NCBI GenBank assembly: GCA_964563495.1
Contig: CAZLYK010000006.1
Coordinates: 5,900 to 69,899, forward strand
Length of the DNA: 64,000 nucleotides
Reading direction: 5' to 3'
From: an uncultured Heliobacteriaceae bacterium
GTDB taxonomy: Bacteria > Acidobacteriota > Blastocatellia > RBC074
Shown: one piece after another, positions 1 through 9,489 of the stretch
How the letters are laid out: each line of letters starts with the position of its first letter
Position numbering within the stretch: the first letter of the stretch is position 1
The notes under the pieces: model-generated
The model's database searches: none
Told to the model about the DNA's origin: nothing
Seen by the model: the letters and a program-made list of their open reading frames with translations, nothing else
Translations under genes and position numbers: made by a program

Positions 1-1366
1 CAAACTGGCGAGCGGCGGAGCCGCCATTATTTCTCCGGATCCAAAGGCGACTGATTTTCCGACCACCTATTCGACCAGTCTGAGCCTGGCGACGCGCTTG
101 CCGTTTCAGACTGTCTTCGAAGCGGGGTATGTTGGAACGTTCGGCCGTCATTTGGCGTCTCGCCTGCCGATCAATGTCGTTCCGTTAGGGGCGATGCTCA
201 AAGGCGGGATCGCGGGTGATCCCGGCAGCACGATCACGAGTCTGGCCAACCCGAACTGCGATCCCGGGGCCGTTGACGCCAATGGCACCGTGACTCGTCG
301 CGGCAACTGCCAGATTGTCACGGGGACCGGGGTCAAGGCCGATCTGACCAACCCGCTCAACCGGCAGGGATTGGATGGGGGAGTGATCAACAAATACCGT
401 CCCTATCCCGATCTGGGGAGCGTCCGTTATCAGGAATACAGCGGTACGTCGAACTACCATTCGCTGCAGATGACCCTTAGCCGCCAGACTGGAAAGAACC
501 TTCAGTTCTTCGCGACTTACACCTTCTCGAAGGTGCTCGGGACGAGGGGCGGCGAGTACAACGATCTGGATCCGATCGATGCGCGAGGTCGCAGCTACGG
601 CGTCCTCGACTATGACCGGACCCACATCTTCAACCTCTCGTACAACTACAACCTGCCGAACTTCTCGCCGTGGAAGGACTATTTTACGCGTGGGTTGTTG
701 AACGGCTGGCAGTTGTCGGGAATCACCACTTTCACCAGCGGTACGCCGGTCAACATCCGGTTTACCGGAGACGTGACGAACCTGAATATTGCCGCATTCG
801 GTTCGGACGCGTTTGCGACCGCCGGGTATGCAGCCGGCGCGATTGCGCCGATCTTCAGCAAGAATCCCAATCTGAGTGGGAAGGACGTAGGCGAAAGAGT
901 GCTCGACATCAACGCCATCAGCATTCCGGCGTTCGGCTCGTCGGGTGCGACGATCTCGCCGTTCTACTTCCGGACCCCGAGACGCGCCAACTGGGATATC
1001 AGCTTCTTCAAGAACTTCAGGTTCACCGAGACGAAGAATATCCAGTTCCGCGCCGGATTCTTCAATATCTTCAACCAGGCATTCCCGAAGAATATTGACA
1101 ACCAGACGGCGAGCAACAGCGACATCTATCTGACGCTGGAGACCCGCTGCACGCGGACCCCGGTCAACCAGACGCTCGTCCTGGCGGATGGAACGGTGAC
1201 TCAGTTCACCCAGTCCCTCCCGAACGGCACCGGGGGAACGATCAATAACGTCTGCGATCCGAGCAAGGGTTTCACCTTCACGGACGCGACCAAGAACAAC
1301 TTCGGAAAGATCACGACCAAACGCGGCCAGCGCGTGATCGAACTCGCTCTGAAGTTCACCTTCTAG
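1..1366 (+). CDS. TonB-dependent outer-membrane receptor, C-terminal ~455 aa (5' end lies upstream of the window)
   Basis: Frame 2 is open from nt 2 with no stop before the first Met at 98. The C-terminal barrel region is paralogous to 20850..24443 (C-termini ...[19 protein letters not shown] vs ...KVTTKSGERQVQLALRYQF, terminal aromatic residue). Confidence 0.7.
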   Translation, partial: KLASGGAAIISPDPKATDFPTTYSTSLSLATRLPFQTVFEAGYVGTFGRHLASRLPINVVPLGAMLKGGIAGDPGSTITSLANPNCDPGAVDANGTVTRRGNCQIVTGTGVKADLTNPLNRQGLDGGVINKYRPYPDLGSVRYQEYSGTSNYHSLQMTLSRQTGKNLQFFATYTFSKVLGTRGGEYNDLDPIDARGRSYGVLDYDRTHIFNLSYNYNLPNFSPWKDYFTRGLLNGWQLSGITTFTSGTPVNIRFTGDVTNLNIAAFGSDAFATAGYAAGAIAPIFSKNPNLSGKDVGERVLDINAISIPAFGSSGATISPFYFRTPRRANWDISFFKNFRFTETKNIQFRAGFFNIFNQAFPKNIDNQTASNSDIYLTLETRCTRTPVNQTLVLADGTVTQFTQSLPNGTGGTINNVCDPSKGFTFTDATKNNFGKITTKRGQRVIELALKFTF

Positions 1367-1448
1367 GTTCCTGAAAAACTTGCCCCTTATATCTGGTGCG
1401 ATGGAATTGATCGTTCGATTCCTCGCACCAGATTTTTTTCGTGGGGGG

Positions 1449-1535
1449 ACAGACAGGATAGACAAGATGGTTGCCGGATTTGACAAGATAGGGGTCTTGT
1501 CAAATCCGGCAACCATCTTGTCTATCCTGTCTATT
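1449..1535. repeat. Palindromic REPIN/MITE-like element E1 (variant termini ACAGACAGGATAGACAAGATGG ... CCATCTTGTCTATCCTGTCTATT)
   Basis: Near-perfect inverted repeat with ~37-nt arms and a 6-nt loop. Right terminus ATCCTGTCTATT is the reverse complement of the family terminus AATAGACAGGAT. Confidence 0.8.
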
Positions 1536-1617
1536 AATTCCCGTGATTGTTAGGCCCGGGAAGGCGGTGGTATAATTCGCCGCATCTGAAAAGACCATCA
1601 CAAGCGACAAACAATCT

Positions 1618-2784
1618 ATGCCGGCATTATTATTACTATTGCTAATCGTCCTTCCCTTCCCGGTCCAGGATCGTGAGACGGTCAGGCAATCTGAGCAGCA
1701 CTTCGCGCGGGGGGCTGAATTGCAGCAAAAAGGAGACCTCGAAGGAGCGCGAGATGCATATGAGGCCGCGCTCAAACTGATTCCGCAGCGAAGCGATGCG
1801 CTGACCAATCTGGGTGTGGTCTATGCCAGGCTCGGACAATACGAACCGGCGATCAAGCTTTATCGAGAGGCGCTCGCGATCGATCCGAAGGAGCACGGCA
1901 TTCGTCTGAATCTGGGGATCGCCTATTACCAGATCGACCGTTACCAGCTGGCGCTGCGTGAATTCGAGCCGGTGGTCAAGGCTCAACCGGGTAATCTTCA
2001 GGCGCGGTTCCTCTACGGGATGTGCCTCTTCCAGACGGGGAGGCTCAAGGAATCGATCACCGAACTCGAAGAGGTATACCGGGTCAAGGCGGACGATGTT
2101 TCCGTCGCTTACGGGCTGGCCAATGCCTATCTTCAGGATGCACAGATCGAAAAGGGCAGTCTCCTGGTCGAAAAGGTGTTCAGAGAGCTCAATTCAGCCG
2201 AGTCCCATTTGATTATGGGAACCTTCAACCTGGCGCGCCAGCAATTACAGCCGGCCGCCGACGAGCTGAAGCAGGCGGTCGAGCTCAATCCGAAATTACC
2301 GACCGCGCATTCGCAGTTGGGTGTGGTCTATTTGTTGACGGGCAACCGGGAGCTGGCGGTCGAGGAGTTCCGGAAGGAGCTCGAATTCAACCCGCGGGAT
2401 TACAATGCCAATACGCGGCTTGGCTGGCTCTACCGTGAAGACGGGAGGTTGGAAGAAGCTGAAGCCCTGCTCAGGCGGGCGCTCGATTTGCGACCGGAGG
2501 ATCCGGGAGCCCTCTTCCAGCTGGGGCAACTCGTTCAGGCGCAGGGCAAGACCGCAGAGGCGGCAAAATTGCTCGAACAGGTCACCAGGATTCTACCCGA
2601 CTACAGTCCGGCGCACGTTTTGCTGGCCAGGTTATATTTCAAGCTCAAACGCAACGATGATGCCAGGCGTGAGCAGGCGATCATCGATCGCCTGACGATT
2701 GAACAACAGAAGAAACAACCGACGGCCGAGAAGAATCCGCTCTTGCGCGATCCGTCTGACCGTACCATCCGGAAGCCTGAATGA
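1618..2784 (+). CDS. Secreted TPR-repeat protein
   Basis: N-terminal signal peptide (MPALLLLLLIVLPFPV). Repeated A/L/Y-rich 34-aa TPR units (ALKLIPQRSDALTNLGVVYARLGQYEPAIKLYREALAIDP...). Its stop overlaps the next start (ATGA). Confidence 0.75.
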   Translation: MPALLLLLLIVLPFPVQDRETVRQSEQHFARGAELQQKGDLEGARDAYEAALKLIPQRSDALTNLGVVYARLGQYEPAIKLYREALAIDPKEHGIRLNLGIAYYQIDRYQLALREFEPVVKAQPGNLQARFLYGMCLFQTGRLKESITELEEVYRVKADDVSVAYGLANAYLQDAQIEKGSLLVEKVFRELNSAESHLIMGTFNLARQQLQPAADELKQAVELNPKLPTAHSQLGVVYLLTGNRELAVEEFRKELEFNPRDYNANTRLGWLYREDGRLEEAEALLRRALDLRPEDPGALFQLGQLVQAQGKTAEAAKLLEQVTRILPDYSPAHVLLARLYFKLKRNDDARREQAIIDRLTIEQQKKQPTAEKNPLLRDPSDRTIRKPE

Positions 2785-3929
2785 AGCCGCAGAGCAGACA
2801 AAGAACCCTGAGCTTAATCATCGCCGCCGCCTTTCTCGTTCCGGCTGCGGTCGGGCTGGCCGATTTTGCCGGCCCCGCTGCTCAGACCGGCAGGAAGTTC
2901 TGGAAGCCAACCTATGTCCCGGCCGGGACAAAGTTCGTCGGTCAGCAGGCGTGCGCCGAGTGTCACCAGAGCCGCGTCAGGGTTCATGAGCAGAGCGCCA
3001 TGGGCCGCGCCATGGAACCCGGAGCAGTGGCGGAGATTCTCAAAACGCACCAGCGGTTGGAGTTTCGACTCGGAAAATATTTTTGGGAAATCGTGCGCGA
3101 TGGGGATAAGAGTCTCTATCGGGTTAATGACGGAAAAGAGACGATCACGGTCCCGATACTTTATGCCTTCGGATTGGGCAAGGCCGGTCAGACTTATGTC
3201 CTGGAATATCAAGGCGATTTCTACGAAAGCCGGCTGAGCTTTTACAGAGAGATCAAGGGGCTGGATATCACCCTGGGGCAACCGCAAACCGAGCCGGGCT
3301 CGCTCATCGTCGCCCTCGGCAGATTGATGCCCAAAGACGAGACCCTGCAGTGTTTTTCGTGTCATACGACCGGCGCGGTGATCGGCGCCACGATGCATCT
3401 GGACAAGATGGTCCCCGGCATCGGCTGCGAATCGTGTCACGGCCCCGGCGGCGACCACGTCTCCGCCGGCCGGGCCGGGTTGCCGAACAAAGACAAGATC
3501 TTCAACCCCGCCCGGTTGAACGCCGACGATCTGGCCCAGGAATTTTGCGGCGCCTGTCATCGCAGCGCCGAAGACATCTTTTCCAAACCCGAGTTGAATG
3601 GGCTGAGCAATGTCCGCTTTCAACCCTATCGCATCTTCAGGAGCAAGTGCTATTCCGACGACAAGCGGATCAGCTGCACCTCGTGCCATAACCCGCACGA
3701 ATCGCTCAAGCACGATGTGGCTCACTACGACGCAAAGTGCATGGCCTGCCATGGGCCGGCGATCGCGACTCAGGCGGCGGGTGGCAAGAGCATGGCCCCT
3801 GGCTGCAAAGTCGCGACAAAAGACTGCGCTTCGTGCCACATGCCAAAAATCGATCTGCCGGGCTCCCATTTCAAGTTTACCGATCACCGGATTCGCATCG
3901 TCAAGGCCGGTGAGCTTTATCCATATTAA
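2781..3929 (+). CDS. Multiheme cytochrome c (7 CxxCH motifs), periplasmic
   Basis: Signal peptide. CAECH, CFSCH, CESCH, CGACH, CTSCH, CMACH, CASCH. Translationally coupled to the upstream TPR gene. Confidence 0.8.
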   Translation: MKPQSRQRTLSLIIAAAFLVPAAVGLADFAGPAAQTGRKFWKPTYVPAGTKFVGQQACAECHQSRVRVHEQSAMGRAMEPGAVAEILKTHQRLEFRLGKYFWEIVRDGDKSLYRVNDGKETITVPILYAFGLGKAGQTYVLEYQGDFYESRLSFYREIKGLDITLGQPQTEPGSLIVALGRLMPKDETLQCFSCHTTGAVIGATMHLDKMVPGIGCESCHGPGGDHVSAGRAGLPNKDKIFNPARLNADDLAQEFCGACHRSAEDIFSKPELNGLSNVRFQPYRIFRSKCYSDDKRISCTSCHNPHESLKHDVAHYDAKCMACHGPAIATQAAGGKSMAPGCKVATKDCASCHMPKIDLPGSHFKFTDHRIRIVKAGELYPY

Positions 3930-3943
3930 GTAGCAAATCGATG

Positions 3944-3973
3944 AATAGACAGGATAAACAGGATTTTTGCAGG
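3944..3973. repeat. Half-copy E2 (AATAGACAGGATAAACAGGATTTTTGCAGG) abutting the start codon of the next gene
   Basis: Left-arm consensus only. Ends ...GCAGGATG, where the ATG at 3974 is the probable start of the ASPIC gene. Confidence 0.75.
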
Positions 3974-5719
3974 ATGGCACAGGACAAAAGGTTTGCATTG
4001 AGATCTATTTTGCTGGTTGCTGCCCTGAGCTTGGGCAGTTTCATCTACCCCCGGACCATGCCGATTGCGCAGGAGGTTGCGACCCCTGCGCCGGTAACCT
4101 TTACCGAGGTCGATCTCAAGGCCGCCGGTATCAACTGGGTTCACGATAACGGTCGGTCCGAAGCTCGCCACCTGCCCGAGACCTGCGGCGGCGGCGGCGT
4201 CTTCTTTGATTATGACAATGACGGCCTGCTCGATATCTATCTGGTCAATAGCGGGCCGTCGGATTTCTACAAACCGGCCAAACCCGGGCACAATGCGCTC
4301 TACCACAACAACGGCAATGGCACTTTTACCGATGTCAGTGAAAAGGCCGGTGTCGCCTGCGGCGAGGACGGTGATTTCGGGATGGGGGCCGCGGCGGGCG
4401 ATTTCAACGGCGACGGCCGGCAGGATCTGTACGTGACCAATTATGGGCGCAACCGGCTCTTCCAAAATAACGGCAACGGAACTTTCACCGATATCACCGG
4501 GAAGGCCGGGGTGGGTGCGCCGAACTGGTCTACCTGCGCGACCTGGTTCGATTATGACAACGACGGCAAATTGGATCTCTTTGTCTCGAGCTTTGTTCAA
4601 TACAGCGCCAACGGCAGCATCTTTTGCGGCGACAACAAGGCCGGGCGTCGCTACTACTGCATTCCGAGGGTCTTCAAGCCGCGCGCCAGTTTTCTCTTCC
4701 ACAACCAGGGAGACGGGAAATTTGCCGACGTCAGCAAGGCTTCCGGGATCGCTTCAAGTCTTGGCAAATCATTCGGCGCCATCGCGACGGACATCAACAA
4801 CGATGGCCTCATGGACCTCTTTGTCGCCAACGACACGATGGCCAATTTCCTCTTCGTCAACAAGGGTGCGGGCAAGTTCGAAGAGATCGGTCTGGCTTCC
4901 GGAGTCGGTTACAGCGACGCGGGCAGCCCTCGTTCGGGGATGGGGGTCGACGCGACCGATTATGACAACGATGGATGGCAGGACCTCTTCGTCGCCAACA
5001 TCGACCAGGAGCTCTTCAGCCTCTACCATAATGAAAAAGACCTGACCTTTACCGACCAGGCCGGGGAGATCGGCCGGGCCACGCGGTTGCTGAGCGGCTG
5101 GGGGTTGAAATTCTTCGATTACGACAACGACGGCGATCCCGATCTCTTCCTGGCAAACGGCCATCCCGATGATATGGTCGAGATCCAGGTCTCGAGGGTC
5201 AAGTATGCAGAGCCATTGTTGATCTTCGAGAACGTCGATGGCAAATACAGAAACGTCAGCGCTCAGGCGGGAGAAGTGTTCAAGAAGGATTTTCCGGCTC
5301 GAGGCCTTTGCGTCGGCGACATCGACAACGATGGAGATCTGGATGTCCTGGTCATCAACAACGGCGCGGCGCCGGTGCTGCTCCGCAATCAAGCGAAGCC
5401 TCGCCACAACTGGCTCGGGTTGCAGCTGGTCGCGACCAGGAGCAATCCCGGCGCGGTCGGCGCAGTCATGACCTGGACTGCGGCCGGCGGCTTCAAGCGG
5501 ACTCGCTTGAAAACGAGCGGAGGCAGTTATCTGGCTTCGCACGACCCGCGCGAGATTCTGGGCATCGGGCAGGCGGCCAAGATCGATAGCCTTGAGATCA
5601 AATGGCCCTCGGGCAAGGTCGATAAGCTGGCAGACCTGCCGATTAATACCTATGTGCAGGTCGTCGAAGGTCAAGGCATCGTCCAGCCCGCCGCCGCGCC
5701 GGCGGCTAAATCAAAGTGA
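3974..5719 (+). CDS. FG-GAP/VCBS repeat + ASPIC/UnbV domain protein (CRTAC1-like), secreted
   Basis: Probable start [21 protein letters not shown] (signal peptide). The ORF-track start at 3941 reads through the repeat as MNRQDKQDF. Multiple FDYDNDG(x)LD(I/L)(Y/F)V motifs. UnbV/ASPIC-like C-terminus. Confidence 0.75.
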   Translation: MAQDKRFALRSILLVAALSLGSFIYPRTMPIAQEVATPAPVTFTEVDLKAAGINWVHDNGRSEARHLPETCGGGGVFFDYDNDGLLDIYLVNSGPSDFYKPAKPGHNALYHNNGNGTFTDVSEKAGVACGEDGDFGMGAAAGDFNGDGRQDLYVTNYGRNRLFQNNGNGTFTDITGKAGVGAPNWSTCATWFDYDNDGKLDLFVSSFVQYSANGSIFCGDNKAGRRYYCIPRVFKPRASFLFHNQGDGKFADVSKASGIASSLGKSFGAIATDINNDGLMDLFVANDTMANFLFVNKGAGKFEEIGLASGVGYSDAGSPRSGMGVDATDYDNDGWQDLFVANIDQELFSLYHNEKDLTFTDQAGEIGRATRLLSGWGLKFFDYDNDGDPDLFLANGHPDDMVEIQVSRVKYAEPLLIFENVDGKYRNVSAQAGEVFKKDFPARGLCVGDIDNDGDLDVLVINNGAAPVLLRNQAKPRHNWLGLQLVATRSNPGAVGAVMTWTAAGGFKRTRLKTSGGSYLASHDPREILGIGQAAKIDSLEIKWPSGKVDKLADLPINTYVQVVEGQGIVQPAAAPAAKSK

Positions 5720-5738
5720 TTCGGGACGGAGGTAATAG

Positions 5739-6974
5739 TTGAAGCTCGGTTATTTCATCGGCATGGCAGCGATCACACTGATCGTCTCGTTTCCGGTTGC
5801 GGCGCAAAAGCGAAAGACGGGATCGGCCGCACCCAGGCCCGCGGCTCGGGCAACGAGCCAAAAGTTCGAAGATCTCAAGACCCGGGCTGATCAGGCCCGG
5901 GAGAGCGGGAGCCTGGTTCAAGCCATACCTCTTTACCGGCAAGCCCTGGCCGTGCAGCCAAACTGGACGGAAGGCTGGTGGTATCTGGCGACGCTGCTTT
6001 ACGACAGGGATGAATATGCGGAAGCCGCGCGCGCTTTCAGACAAACTTCGATCCTCCAGCCTAAAGTCGGGACGCCTCTGGTCATGCTCGGCCTTTGCGA
6101 ATTCCGTCTGAGCGATTATGACAATGCGCTCAAACATATCACCGAGGGACGCAAGGTCGGCGTCAGCGACAACCCGGAAATCTCACAGGTCATGCGCTAT
6201 CACGAGGGACTGCTGCTGCTGCTCAAGGGTGATTTTGAATCGGCGGAGAGTAGGTTCAACGCGCTGAGCTATGAAAATGTCAATAGCGAGGACCTGATCA
6301 TGGCGCACGGTCTGGCCAGCCTCAGGCTGTCATTGATCCCGGCAAAGGTACCTGCTGACTATCGCGACCGCGATCTGATCCGCCGCGCAGGCTTCGCCGC
6401 ACATCTGGTCGGCCAGATCAATATGGCCGATGCCCAGAACGAATACGACCGGCTGGTGGCCGACTATCCGAAGTCGGCCAACGTTCAATACGCTTATGGC
6501 AAATATCTGCTCAAGCAGCGTAACGATGACGGCGCGATCGCGGCGTTTGAGAAAGAGATCGAGAATTCGCCGAACCATGCTCTGGCCAGGCTCCAGCTTG
6601 CTTATATCAGGTTGCGAAACAAAGAGCCGGAAGCCGGTCTGAAACTGGCTCAGGAGGCAGTGGTTCTCAACCCGCGACAGCCTCAGGGGCACTACATTCT
6701 CGGCAGAATTTTCTTCGACCTCGGTCAAAACCAAAAAGCAATCAGCGAACTGGAAGTCGCACGGCGCATGGCTCCGAATGAACCGAGATTCCATTTTGCG
6801 CTCTCACGCGCCTATGACAAGGCAGGTCGTAAGGCCGAAGCTGAAATTGCGCGCGAAACTTTCACCCGGCTCAACAAGCAGATCGAAGATGCCCGCACCC
6901 AGGGAGCCCAGCGTGGCGAGGTGATCGAAGAGACCCCGGAAAAACCCAAACCCGAAGGGAATAGACAGGATTGA
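5739..6974 (+). CDS. Secreted TPR-repeat protein; C-terminus -EGNRQD* supplied by repeat
   Basis: Signal peptide. TPR units. The last 4 codons and the TGA lie inside AATAGACAGGATTGA (6960-6974). Confidence 0.75.
   Translation: MKLGYFIGMAAITLIVSFPVAAQKRKTGSAAPRPAARATSQKFEDLKTRADQARESGSLVQAIPLYRQALAVQPNWTEGWWYLATLLYDRDEYAEAARAFRQTSILQPKVGTPLVMLGLCEFRLSDYDNALKHITEGRKVGVSDNPEISQVMRYHEGLLLLLKGDFESAESRFNALSYENVNSEDLIMAHGLASLRLSLIPAKVPADYRDRDLIRRAGFAAHLVGQINMADAQNEYDRLVADYPKSANVQYAYGKYLLKQRNDDGAIAAFEKEIENSPNHALARLQLAYIRLRNKEPEAGLKLAQEAVVLNPRQPQGHYILGRIFFDLGQNQKAISELEVARRMAPNEPRFHFALSRAYDKAGRKAEAEIARETFTRLNKQIEDARTQGAQRGEVIEETPEKPKPEGNRQD
6960..6974. repeat. Half-copy E3 (AATAGACAGGATTGA) forming the NRQD-stop tail
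   Basis: Exact family terminus. No right arm. Confidence 0.7.
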
Positions 6975-7018
6975 CCTCATGTCGCGACGCTTTTCATCGC
7001 GCTGGAGAGATTAGTCGG

Positions 7019-7140
7019 AAAATTCAAACGCCAAGACGCCAAGACCGCCAAGTAAAGAAGGCAAAGAATCGTCAATTTATTTGGGGCCAACGGTATTATC
7101 CTAGACCTCCTTGGCGTCTTTGCTTCTTGGCGTCTTGGCG
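7019..7140. repeat. Imperfect inverted repeat built from CGCCAAGA-type octamer arrays (CGCCAAGACGCCAAGACCGCCAAG ... CCTTGGCGTCTTTGCTTCTTGGCGTCTTGGCG)
   Basis: Arms at 7019-7042 and 7109-7140, spacer about 65 nt. Lies between convergent genes. Confidence 0.6.
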
Positions 7141-7179
7141 ATTTTTATACCTTAAGCATGTAAACTGTCCCGACGTGAG

Positions 7180-7237
7180 CAGGATTGACAGGATTGTTGC
7201 AGGACTTGACAAGAAAAATCCCGTCAATCCTGTCTAT
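7180..7237. repeat. Palindromic element E4 (CAGGATTGACAGGATTGTTGCAGGACTTGACAAGA / AAATCCCGTCAATCCTGTCTATT)
   Basis: Left arm truncated (no AATAGA). The right terminus provides the NRQD-stop for the minus-strand gene 7224..9488. Confidence 0.75.
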
Positions 7238-9488
7238 TGCCGGTCTTGAAGGCGCGCAGCGGGCGGACGCGGTAATTCTCCTGACCCTCGATGATTTCGA
7301 TAAACTGGTTGGGTTTGACCTCGTGAAAAACCTGGCGCTGATTGCTTGCCGGCCACCAGACCTCTATCGTTTCGATGCTTGTCGCCCTGCCCAGCCCCGT
7401 CTCCTGCTGAAGCGATGAGGCTCCGAAAGATCCGCCGCTGTTGACCTCGCGGTAACGAATCGACTTTTTCCCGGTCGCATCGATCACCGTCAGTTTGAGC
7501 CGGGCGCCGATCGCTGCCCGGTTCGATTTCTTCCCCGACAATTTGATCGAGATCCAGTTATTGACCCGGCTGGGGTTGGCGAAAAGGACTTTGTTGTACT
7601 CATCGCCCGGCACAAAACCGCCGACGTTGACGAAGATGTCTTCGTCGCCGTCATTGTCCAGATCGCCAAATGCGACTCCGTGACCTTTCTGCAGGTGGCC
7701 GGTGCCGGTGGTCGAGGTGACATCGACGAAACTGTTGCCGCCGCGATTGCGGAAGACGTAGTTCGGCATGAGTGCGGCGAATGACGGGGCTCCGGTGCCC
7801 AGGTATAGATCCAGGTAACCGTCGTTATCCAGATCGCCGAAATTCGCGCCCATCACCGGCACTACGCGGTTGAGTGAAACCCGGCTGGTGACATCCTGAA
7901 AACCGCCTTTGCCGTCGTTCCGATAAAGCTTGATGGTCTCAGCCTGATTGGGGAGCCCGAGAAAGCCCCGCGCCACCTCGGTCACGGACGGGACGAAGCT
8001 GGCGACGAAGAGATCGAGCCATCCGTCGTTGTCGTAATCAAAGAACCAGGTTGGGAAACTCATGAGAGGTTTTTCGACGTGCAGCGTCCTGGCGAGTTCG
8101 GTGAAGGTTCCGTTGCCGTTATTATGGTAGAGGAAATTCTCTTCGCCGTAATTCGACAGGTAGAGGTCCGCGAATCCATCGTTGTCGTAATCACCCCAGG
8201 TTACGCCCTTGGTGAAAGCGCTTCGCCCGACCCCGGCTTTCCGCGAGACGTCTTCAAATGTTCCATCGCCGCGATTGCGAAACAACTGGCTCGGTGTCTG
8301 CTCGTGTCCGACGAAGAGGTCCAGCCAGCCGTCGTGATCATAATCGGCCCACGCCGCACTATGGGTGCGATGGTCACGGCTGGAAAGGCCGCTTTCCAGT
8401 GTGATATCCGTGAACGTACCGTCGCTGTTGCTGCGGAGCAGGGAATTTCGCATCGGAAATTCCCACCCGCCGCGCATGACGAAAATATCCAGGCGGCCGT
8501 CATTGTTGAAATCGGTCTGGGTGCAATTGATGCCGCCGAGCTGATCGCTGAGTTTTGACTTCTCGGTCCAATCGGAAAATGTCCCGTTGCCGTTATTATG
8601 AAAATAGTGCAGTGAATCGCAGGGATTGACGCTTGAGATCACGATATCGAGGAACCCGTCATTATCCATATCGTCCAGGATAGAGCCTCCCGCGGCGCCG
8701 ACCCGGTCGACGCCGAGCGGCGACGCGACATCGACGAAACGGGCGAGCTTTTCTTTCGAGGCCAGGGCCGCCGGTGGGATGAGCCAGGCGGAGGGCACTC
8801 CCTGCGGATATCTGCCGAGCGTCATATAAGCCAGGTTGAGAAGCCAGCGGACTTCCAGATTGCCCGGATTCTGCGCCAGATGCTTCTTGAAATATTCGAT
8901 GGCCCTTTCCGAGCCGATCGTCTGTTTATGCCGGGCGGCTTTGGAGAGCGGGAAGATGCAGGTCTCGGCGTTATGGTTATGCACGCAGTTTTCCAGCTCG
9001 CCTCGCCGCATCCACGCCACGCCGAGAATCTCTTCCATGAAGACCTTGTCGTTGGCAAATTCAGGATGTCTCGAAAGGGAAGAGATGAGCAGCCGGTAGG
9101 CCTCTTCAAACTGCTCTATCGATTTTTCCATCTCCCCGCGATACGCAAAGAGCTGGCCCAGTTCATTGTTGAGCCGAATCATCTCGAGAGCGAATTGGGA
9201 TTTTTTGTCGGACTGGGCGAGTGAATTGAGATAGCCATCTGCGGAGAGGAACGCGCGGCGTTCGGCTTCGCGTCTGGACTGACAGATCGCACCCAGGTCG
9301 GCAGCGTCGGGTTGCTTGAAAAACCTGCTCACCTCGACGCGGCCTGATACCTCAAGCACCACCTGGTAGTCCCCGGCCCCGGGCGCTCTCAGATTCCAGG
9401 TCTGCGCATCGGGAATCTGCCGCCCGTCCTGTGAGAGGGTGGCACAGGCAAGCAGGGCGGCCAGCAGAAGCGAAAAAATTATCCGCAT
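7224..9488 (-). CDS. TPR + FG-GAP/ASPIC-UnbV (CRTAC1-like) secreted protein; C-terminus -TGNRQD*
   Basis: Probable start MRIIFSLLLAALLACATLS (9488). The ORF-track start 9605 extends into the neighbouring gene. FG-GAP motifs (DYDNDG...). Tail encoded by the reverse complement of TCAATCCTGTCTATT. Confidence 0.7.
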   Translation of the reverse strand: MRIIFSLLLAALLACATLSQDGRQIPDAQTWNLRAPGAGDYQVVLEVSGRVEVSRFFKQPDAADLGAICQSRREAERRAFLSADGYLNSLAQSDKKSQFALEMIRLNNELGQLFAYRGEMEKSIEQFEEAYRLLISSLSRHPEFANDKVFMEEILGVAWMRRGELENCVHNHNAETCIFPLSKAARHKQTIGSERAIEYFKKHLAQNPGNLEVRWLLNLAYMTLGRYPQGVPSAWLIPPAALASKEKLARFVDVASPLGVDRVGAAGGSILDDMDNDGFLDIVISSVNPCDSLHYFHNNGNGTFSDWTEKSKLSDQLGGINCTQTDFNNDGRLDIFVMRGGWEFPMRNSLLRSNSDGTFTDITLESGLSSRDHRTHSAAWADYDHDGWLDLFVGHEQTPSQLFRNRGDGTFEDVSRKAGVGRSAFTKGVTWGDYDNDGFADLYLSNYGEENFLYHNNGNGTFTELARTLHVEKPLMSFPTWFFDYDNDGWLDLFVASFVPSVTEVARGFLGLPNQAETIKLYRNDGKGGFQDVTSRVSLNRVVPVMGANFGDLDNDGYLDLYLGTGAPSFAALMPNYVFRNRGGNSFVDVTSTTGTGHLQKGHGVAFGDLDNDGDEDIFVNVGGFVPGDEYNKVLFANPSRVNNWISIKLSGKKSNRAAIGARLKLTVIDATGKKSIRYREVNSGGSFGASSLQQETGLGRATSIETIEVWWPASNQRQVFHEVKPNQFIEIIEGQENYRVRPLRAFKTGNRQD

Positions 9489-9489
9489 T

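Noticed and set aside
185-1516. 443-aa minus-strand ORF antisense to the TonB-receptor fragment, beginning MVAGFDKTPILSNPATILSILSV
   Set aside because: Arg/Ala/Gly-rich with no motifs and fully antisense to a well-supported gene. Its N-terminus is simply repeat E1 translated (ILSILSI = ATCCTGTCAATCCTGTCTATT). Typical high-GC shadow ORF.
2814-3998. 394-aa minus-strand ORF overlapping the heptaheme cytochrome gene
   Set aside because: Antisense to a gene with 7 CxxCH motifs and a signal peptide. Low-complexity R/G/A composition.
4769-5674. 301-aa minus-strand ORF inside the ASPIC gene
   Set aside because: Antisense shadow ORF with no domain signal.
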